Shown here one piece after another: positions 34,231 to 41,476 of a DNA stretch of 41,476 nt; the first letter of the stretch is position 1, and the number at the start of each line of letters is the position of its first letter. The stretch covers positions 1 to 41,476 of the forward strand of contig JNEM01008754.1 of the NCBI GenBank assembly GCA_000697335.1, read 5' to 3'. The position numbers were made by a program, and so were the translations under genes. The notes under the pieces were generated by a model, which worked only from the letters and a program-made list of their open reading frames with translations, was not told where the DNA came from and ran no database searches. This DNA comes from Conidiobolus incongruus B7586. Lineage: Eukaryota.

Positions 34231-37200
34231 AATCAAATCATAAATGATAATATTGAATTTATTTTGATTGAATTGAAATTTTTGAGAATAGTGCACAGAT
34301 CAAATTTGTTAGATAGCTTAATTATTCCTTGAATTTATCGTGATATCCTTTAGTCACAATATATGTAAGCACAATTTCTAATATATTCAAGAAGATTTCA
34401 CAGATGAATCATTTGTAGATTTAATTCTAATTCTCTCTCCTCGTTATATTGATTGTTTACCCTTGAATAAGATTAAAATTAAAAATAAAAAAAATCAAAA
34501 ACAATAGATAATCTCATCTAACCAAACTATATAAGATAAATTAGAAATTTAATTCCCCCAATTAATTAATCTTTTTTTGAGCTATAATTAATATAAATGT
34601 TATAAATTTAAAGAATGATAAAATTCATTTAATGATGTAATCATATCAATTTTAATTAAAAAAACGAGGTCAATTTATCATAATTTTTCAAACTATAAAT
34701 ATTAGTTACAAATTAAATAATTCATTAAATTAATTTTTATCAAATTCAATTAAATTATCAATCATTCACAATTAAGTTTAATAGAATTAAAAGTGTAATT
34801 TTTAATTAATCCATTTATTTCAAAACACTTGATAACAATAATATTGATGAATCTTATCATATAATAATTTAAATTGATTATATTGAAAATTGCGAATAAT
34901 AATTTCCCAAGTGATTGTGTAAACTAGTTGAAATGTAAAAAACATATAATTTTCATATTGACACTATTGTCAAAATCAGTATTTTGCTGAATAATTTACA
35001 TTTTTCGTAATGATGAAAAGTTAAGATCATATTAAAATCTTGGTATTCGAGTAAATAGTTGTGATATAATTTAAATATACTAATTTAAAACTTTTGTATT
35101 TAGATAATAGTAACTTTGATTTGTCAAATCAGATAATTTTCCCAATTTTTTTAACAAAAAATTTATTAATATCTCTAATTTTGATTGAATATCAACCTAT
35201 ATTATTTTAAATATTATATATATTTTTAAAATTATTATTACAAAAAATTGGTATTGCGTAGTTATTTTTCTATAAATATTGAAAATTGTCTATTACGAGG
35301 CATATGTTATACTAATATATAATGATAAATTTAATTTAAGGTATTACAATTAGTATATTGAATAGTATATGAGAATAAAGAAAAATTTATATATTCTGTA
35401 TATAAAGCAATAGCGAGAAAAAGTCATTAAATACTGTGTATTAAACGTTCATTATTTTTTTAATTTGTTTGGATATATATTGAGTAATTTGAAAAATACG
35501 GTTAATAAGTTATCAATTATCATAGAATGTTTTATTAATTTATTATTAAATAATAAAGTGCTTAATATTTTAAATACAATACTTTATATGAATATTGACA
35601 AAATACGTTTTAATCTGATTGTTTGATTAATTTGATAAAAAGTATTTAATTATTTATGATTTTTCATAATATTCAAATAATAATGTGTAGCTTTAATATA
35701 TATTGAAAATTTTATTTTAATATCTTGTAATTTTTGAAAATTATAAACATTCTTCATAGCAATTTTTGGAAAAAATTTAATATATTAACTGAATTTTTCA
35801 AGTATGTATAGTATCACTAAAATATGTTAAAGCACTAAATTATGTCATATTAAAAATCAATGTATGATTAAAACCATATATAATATTTCTGTTTTTAATT
35901 TGAACTGAATATTTTATTCTTTTATATTGTGTTTATCTAGATTATAAGTCATTTGGCCAACTTTACCTCATTACCTAGTACCTTATTAGGTTATAATTCT
36001 GGAATATCTGTCACACCACTTCAAGGCTTCACTCTTCTGAAAACACAATAAACTTCTTTACACGACTTACGGGCAAATAATGTTCTATATAAGAACTATT
36101 GTCGGGGTGCATTTTCATCCTCACCTCTGGCCTTTTACGAAGCCCATTGAACCCTTAACAAGCTCTAATAAAACAGCTTAATCCAAACTACTAAACAAAT
36201 CACAAGCAAGTCGCTCACCTTTCTATTATCTATATATTACTAGTAATTAGTATAATCACAGCATAAAATGATCCTTATTATCAAATTGAAATGAAAATTA
36301 TCAACAGAAAAGTATTAAAGATTAATTATTTTAATGAATTCTTTGAAAAATACAGTATAACTAGGATATTATAAAAAAATTTGATATAAATATATAATGT
36401 TTTATTAAATTATAAAAATTAATATTCATAATTTGAATTAAAGCCATAATTTTTTATTAATACCAAAATCAATTTTGTTATCAAATTAAATTAATAAAAG
36501 TGAGTATAATAATTAAATTTTAATAATATAATAGTATTTACTCATTAGTGAATATTGTAGATCAAAGACTATTTTTTGATTTTTAACATTTTGATATTAT
36601 TAATTTTATTGGATATTCGAAAAATATAATATTTTATTTCTAAAATATGATCACAATTTATATTGATATTTTTAGTTTTTAATTTTTATATTTTTAATTT
36701 TGAATTTTGTTTAATATAAATATAAATATATGATTTTAAATCTGTAATTTCAATAAAGGTACTTACTTTAATATTCTATCATATTAATAGATATACTTTT
36801 ATTTTAATATTTAAAACAAAATATTTAATATATTCAAAGTATCAGAAAATATTGTTTAATAGTTTGATTAAAATAATTAGATAATGGAATTTTAAACATG
36901 ACGTTCTGATTATTTGCCTAATTAAAAATAATCTTAAACTACATTAATATTGATTTCTTTATATAATTTTATATTAAATTTTTCAATTGAGACTAAAAAT
37001 ATTTGAATATTAATCAGGATCCCCTATATATAAGGATTAAGAAATTAGTTAAAAATTTTGATATAATTTATATTATCTAATCAAAAAGATAACTTCTCTA
37101 GATATCTTTGAAGGATATTCAAAGACTCTCTAATATATAAAATTAGTGTATTAAATTTAATTATACATATTGAATTTAATAGATTGTATATACCAAATTC

Positions 37201-37564
37201 AAAAACTAAATTATAAAAATTTATTAACAACTTGATATATTTTCATTGATCTATTTTTAATTTATTAGAAAATCTCAATTCAATTACTTCTTAACTCTAA
37301 GACTAGTTTAGAGCATATTAATGTTTTATATCTATAATTATACTTTATTTTATTATATAATCATTGATAATATAATGATTTAATCTATATGATATGATTT
37401 GATAAATGTAATTAAAAATCTTCAAAAAAACTATCTGTAAATTATGATTAATCGAAATTATATTGTAATAAACTAATTTGTGTTTTATAAACTGTACATA
37501 TTATACAAACTATATATTATATCAATTATAAAGTGTTTATCAACACATAAATCAAATAAAAATA

Positions 37565-38212
37565 CTATTGTATATTTCCACTGCTTACAACAATACTTTC
37601 TTGTTCCAAAGTTGGGACAGCGTTATCTTCAACAGATTTGCCATCTTCACCTGTAACACAAGTTCCATAAGGACCATTACCAACTCCTCTGACAATGAAT
37701 TGATTGTCACTTCTGTGAGATTGAGTAACCCATTGATTGTTAGCAAAGATTTCTATATACTTGATAGGTTGAGGATTGTTTCTGGTATGGACAACTATAT
37801 GTCATTGAATATTTCATTGTTCCCAGTTTTAAGGCAAGTTTCCTGTACTATCAGTGCAACTGATTCCTTCCAAAGTAATAGGGATTCTACCATCATCAGA
37901 ATTATCAATGAGGCGGAATGAGTTCAAATTCATGTTGAAATTACCAGGTTCATAGTCAAAACATTAATCAACTACATGAGCAACTGTAGATTGTTGAGTT
38001 TTAGTATTGGTGACTCTAATACACATGCCACATACAGCTAAGTTCCCAAAGACAGATGGGCCAATGGAAGTTCAAAGAGGATATATGCCAACCGGATAGG
38101 TGCATTTACCCTTTCCTTTATCAGGGTTGAGGTCATAAGAAGTATTACCAATTCCAGTTCTCAAGTTATTGAAACCCAAGAAAGATAAATCAAATAATTG
38201 AATAGAACGCAT
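37565..38212 (-). pseudogene. Expansin-like pseudogene (paralog of 39562-40200)
   Basis: 216-codon frame collinear with the intact gene: GNTSYDLNPDKGKGKC, GPSVFG..VCGMCIRVTN, VVD*C, DGRIPIT, RSDNQFIV.GVGNGP, TGEDGKSVEDNAVP. It contains several in-frame stops. Confidence 0.9.
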
Positions 38213-39561
38213 TATTTGAAAAGATATTATTGACTGTTTAAAAATTAAGTTGTTATTACTAGACCAACAGTCTTCTCTAAACTATATACTTTTTCAAATT
38301 CATCACTCACCAAAAACAGTCAAATCTTTAATTTTTAATTCCCAATACCTAATCTAAATTACAGATAATGTTAAAATTTTCAGCTAAATATAGAATTTTG
38401 GTTAATTCATATAACAGGTATATTTTGAATAAAAATTAATCATGTTTAAAAAACTTTAATCTTAAAATAAGTGGTCCTATATTAGAACATTGATTTTAAT
38501 TCTTAATCCATTAACTAATTAATTGTTATAAATTTTTTTTTGAAATAATATTCATTATCCATTTAATATTTGTTTGAAGTGATGAAAATTTGAGTCAAAG
38601 AGAGTATTTATTTTTTTTTCAGTTATCTCATATATATTGAATCAATTTAATACATACTTCAATTATAACTTTCAGGTTAAGCAGAAATTTATCCAATCAT
38701 AGTATTTCTTTAAACTTTAAGGTTATTTAGTGATGTATAAACTAGTAACATTTATTTTTTACTTATCTAAAAATAAAATTTAGAGGTTCTGAATATCAAC
38801 CTTTACGAAAAAATTTTGTATTTTTGATTAAATCAGCTAGCTATTTTTAAATATAACTACTCATCCATTATCTTGTTTATGAAATTGCTAAAATAATAAC
38901 ATTTCTTTAAAATTGTGATATACTATAAAATTATAATTAATGTTTTTCAATTTATAAGTCATTTTTGTAATAATCAGAATTAAGTATAAATTAATATTGG
39001 GAATAATTAATTTATTTTCAGATTATATATTGTTCAAATATTTAATTATTTGTTATGATTTATTTATATCAAATGAATAATACTAGTAAATATGATTCAA
39101 TTATAAATAGTTATATTATATTCATATCTAATAAAGTTTTGAAATAGCCTTTAATTATATATAAAAATTGAAAAATGTTTAACATTAGAAAGTTTTTATA
39201 TAAATAATAGTTATTTATATCTGATTTAATATAAGCCTAAAATATTTTAGTAAAATATCGTTCAAATCGATATATTTCAGCACCATTTTAAAATTGATTT
39301 GGTTCATATCCCTTTAAAAATAGTCATATGATGATTTTTTAATTGATATTTAATTTTTATTGAAAAGCCCTAATCTGATAACCTATATAGTATTATATTA
39401 CTTTTTATACTTTGATGAATCGGTTAATAATGTTCAGAAGTGTAATTAACACTAATATAATTGCATATAGTTTATATATCATAATTGGTCGAATCAAAGA
39501 GACTATTACCTTATAGTACTAATCCTCATCACAATAATTTATTAACAATACTAATCAGAAC

Positions 39562-40200
39562 TTACAACTGACCTCCACTAGTAACTTGACCTCCGTTTTC
39601 AAGAATAGGGACGGCAGCATCTTCGACAGTTTTACCATCAGTACCAGTCAATCTGATCTTAAGAGGGCCAGCACCAACTCCAGAAACGACGAAATAATTA
39701 TCATCACGACGGCTCATCTGCTTATACTGAGTTCCATCAAATACTTCCAATTTGGTAATAGCTTGAGCATGATTCCTAATCTGGACGGCAGCCCACCATC
39801 TGTTGCTACCAGCCCACCATTGGTAGACCAAGTTTCCGGGGGTATTAGGGCATCTTACCTCCTTCCAGGTGACAGGAATACGACCATCAAAAGGATCTCC
39901 AATTTGTTCAAAAGCAGGTTTGTTCAAGTTCAAGTCACCGGCCCCACATCCAGCACATTGGTCAACAACTCTTGCGATAACAGTCTTTTTAGTCTTAGGA
40001 TTGGTGATTTCAATGCAAGCGCCACAGGAAGCAGATCCAGCGAAGACTGAGGGTCCAACACCAGTGAAGTAGGTAGAGTAACCAGCAGGGAAACTACATT
40101 TACCATATCCATCAGGGTTAGTGTCGTAGCTAGCATTTCCAGATCCAGAAATGGCACATTGGACAGACACAGCTAAAAGTGATAATATTAATTTGTACAT
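39562..40200 (-). CDS. Secreted expansin-like protein (EXLX type: DPBB domain + CBM63), intronless
   Basis: Signal peptide MYKLILSLLAVSVQC; SCGACIEIT; VVDQCAGC..GDLNLNKPAF; GRIPVTW; GSNRWWAAVQIRNH..I.KLE; NYFV; GPLKIRLT..DG. Confidence 0.92.
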   Translation of the reverse strand: MYKLILSLLAVSVQCAISGSGNASYDTNPDGYGKCSFPAGYSTYFTGVGPSVFAGSASCGACIEITNPKTKKTVIARVVDQCAGCGAGDLNLNKPAFEQIGDPFDGRIPVTWKEVRCPNTPGNLVYQWWAGSNRWWAAVQIRNHAQAITKLEVFDGTQYKQMSRRDDNYFVVSGVGAGPLKIRLTGTDGKTVEDAAVPILENGGQVTSGGQL

Positions 40201-41070
40201 TATTGTTAAAATGAATTAAATATTATACAATTGTTAGTAGTGACTCATAAGCTATCATGACTCCTTATATACCAATTTATTTCCATATTATCAGCCGCCC
40301 AATATTGAAATCAATACAATATCAAATAACTTTAAATTAATAAGATTAATTTGATGTCACTCTTAATACTAATAATATATTAAAATTTAATGAATTAATC
40401 TATATCTTTCATACCCAAAAACCATTTATTTTACCATAGTTATTAATAGAACTTTTCACACTATACACTATTAAAATTTTTAATAAATCAAGTTTCAATA
40501 ATTATAAATGAATTAAAATGTTATTAATAATATAAGTTATGAAATCATTTTTTTTATTGAAATATAAAAAAAATCTTAAAATATATCTAATAGAATTTCA
40601 TATTTAATTAAATTTTATAAAATTTTTCAAGATAATTAATTGAAAAAAAAAGAATATAATTATAAAAAAATTTAATTTAATTCTATTAGGAATTATAGAA
40701 TATTCTAAAGAATTATTCATATTAAAAAATTATCAATTATAAAACATTAAAATAATATCAATACCAATATGGATTTCATAGTCATTTGACAACACACTAA
40801 TCAACTTTATATTATTTAAACTCAATTAAGCAATTCACATAAATCCGGAAAAAATCAATCCAAACACAATCGCATTCCTTAATTTGTCTAAATTAACCGA
40901 ATCTATTTTTAGACTAAATATCATTAATTGTTAACTTAAATATTTGTTATTATATTCAGAATATAATTAATTTGTTAGTAAAATATATTAGCTATTGTAA
41001 GTAGTATAATGTTATTTAATATTCATTCAATATAATGAAAAAAATTAAATTATATTAATTACTATTTATT

Positions 41071-41476
41071 ATGCACTCAATTCAATTATTTGATTTATCT
41101 TTCTTGGGTTTCAATAACTTGAGAACTGGAATTGGTAATACTTCTTATGACCTCAACCCTGATAAAGGAAAGGGTAAATGCACCTATCCGGTTGGCATAT
41201 ATCCTCTTTGAACTTCCATTGGCCCATCTGTCTTTGGGAACTTAGCTGTATGTGGCATGTGTATTAGAGTCACCAATACTAAAACTCAACAATCTACAGT
41301 TGCTCATGTAGTTGATTAATGTTTTGACTATGAACCTGGTAATTTCAACATGAATTTGAACTCATTCCGCCTCATTGATAATTCTGATGATGGTAGAATC
41401 CCTATTACTTTGGAAGGAATCAGTTGCACTGATAGTACAGGAAACTTGCCTTAAAACTGGGAACAATGAAATATTC
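41071..41476 (+). pseudogene. Second expansin-like pseudogene copy, inverted, truncated by the window end
   Basis: 41080-41476 is the reverse complement of 37807-38203 (397 bp, identical by eye, same stop codons). Only the first codons differ (ATG CAC TCA vs ATG CGT TCT). Confidence 0.88.

Noticed and set aside
36129..36138. GCCTTTTAC identical to U5 snRNA loop 1
   Set aside because: Flanks do not form the loop-1 stem, and no downstream CCG internal-loop motif or Sm-site arrangement is evident.
37568..37921. 117-aa plus-strand ORF
   Set aside because: Antisense to the expansin pseudogene.
1..41476. CRISPR arrays, rRNA, intact tRNAs, U12-type (AT-AC) introns
   Set aside because: None seen. 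The introns I examined are GT-AG, and no regularly spaced direct repeats were found by eye.

Overview
Very AT-rich eukaryotic DNA with many ~50-nt GT-AG introns. The gene set and style fit an early-diverging fungus; a Conidiobolus/Entomophthoromycotina-like source is my inference only. Intact genes: UTP13 (runs off the left edge), TOM22, an FCP1/NIF-type HAD protein, FNIP/Lst4, an atypical Hv1-like voltage-sensor protein, SFM1, SYP1/FCHO, a NAP/Vps75-family chaperone, RIX1, QDPR, COA3 and a bacterial-type expansin. The most interesting content is missing from the ORF track because it is riddled with stop codons. (1) A decayed IS607-type element (~7.55-9.26 kb) carries a serine-recombinase TnpA remnant, a Fanzor2/TnpB RNA-guided nuclease remnant and a structured 3' end consistent with an omegaRNA. 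(2) A ~1.3-kb DD34D mariner (28960-30264) has had nearly all C/G converted to T/A while staying largely collinear, which looks RIP-like. Also present: a GC-rich orphan island with one in-frame TGA, expansin pseudogenes including a 397-bp perfect inverted copy at the window end, a GNAT pseudogene, and a TCCCAYAA motif 101-144 bp upstream of six housekeeping start codons. All identifications come from manual translation and motif recognition, with no database searches, so exon and element boundaries are approximate.
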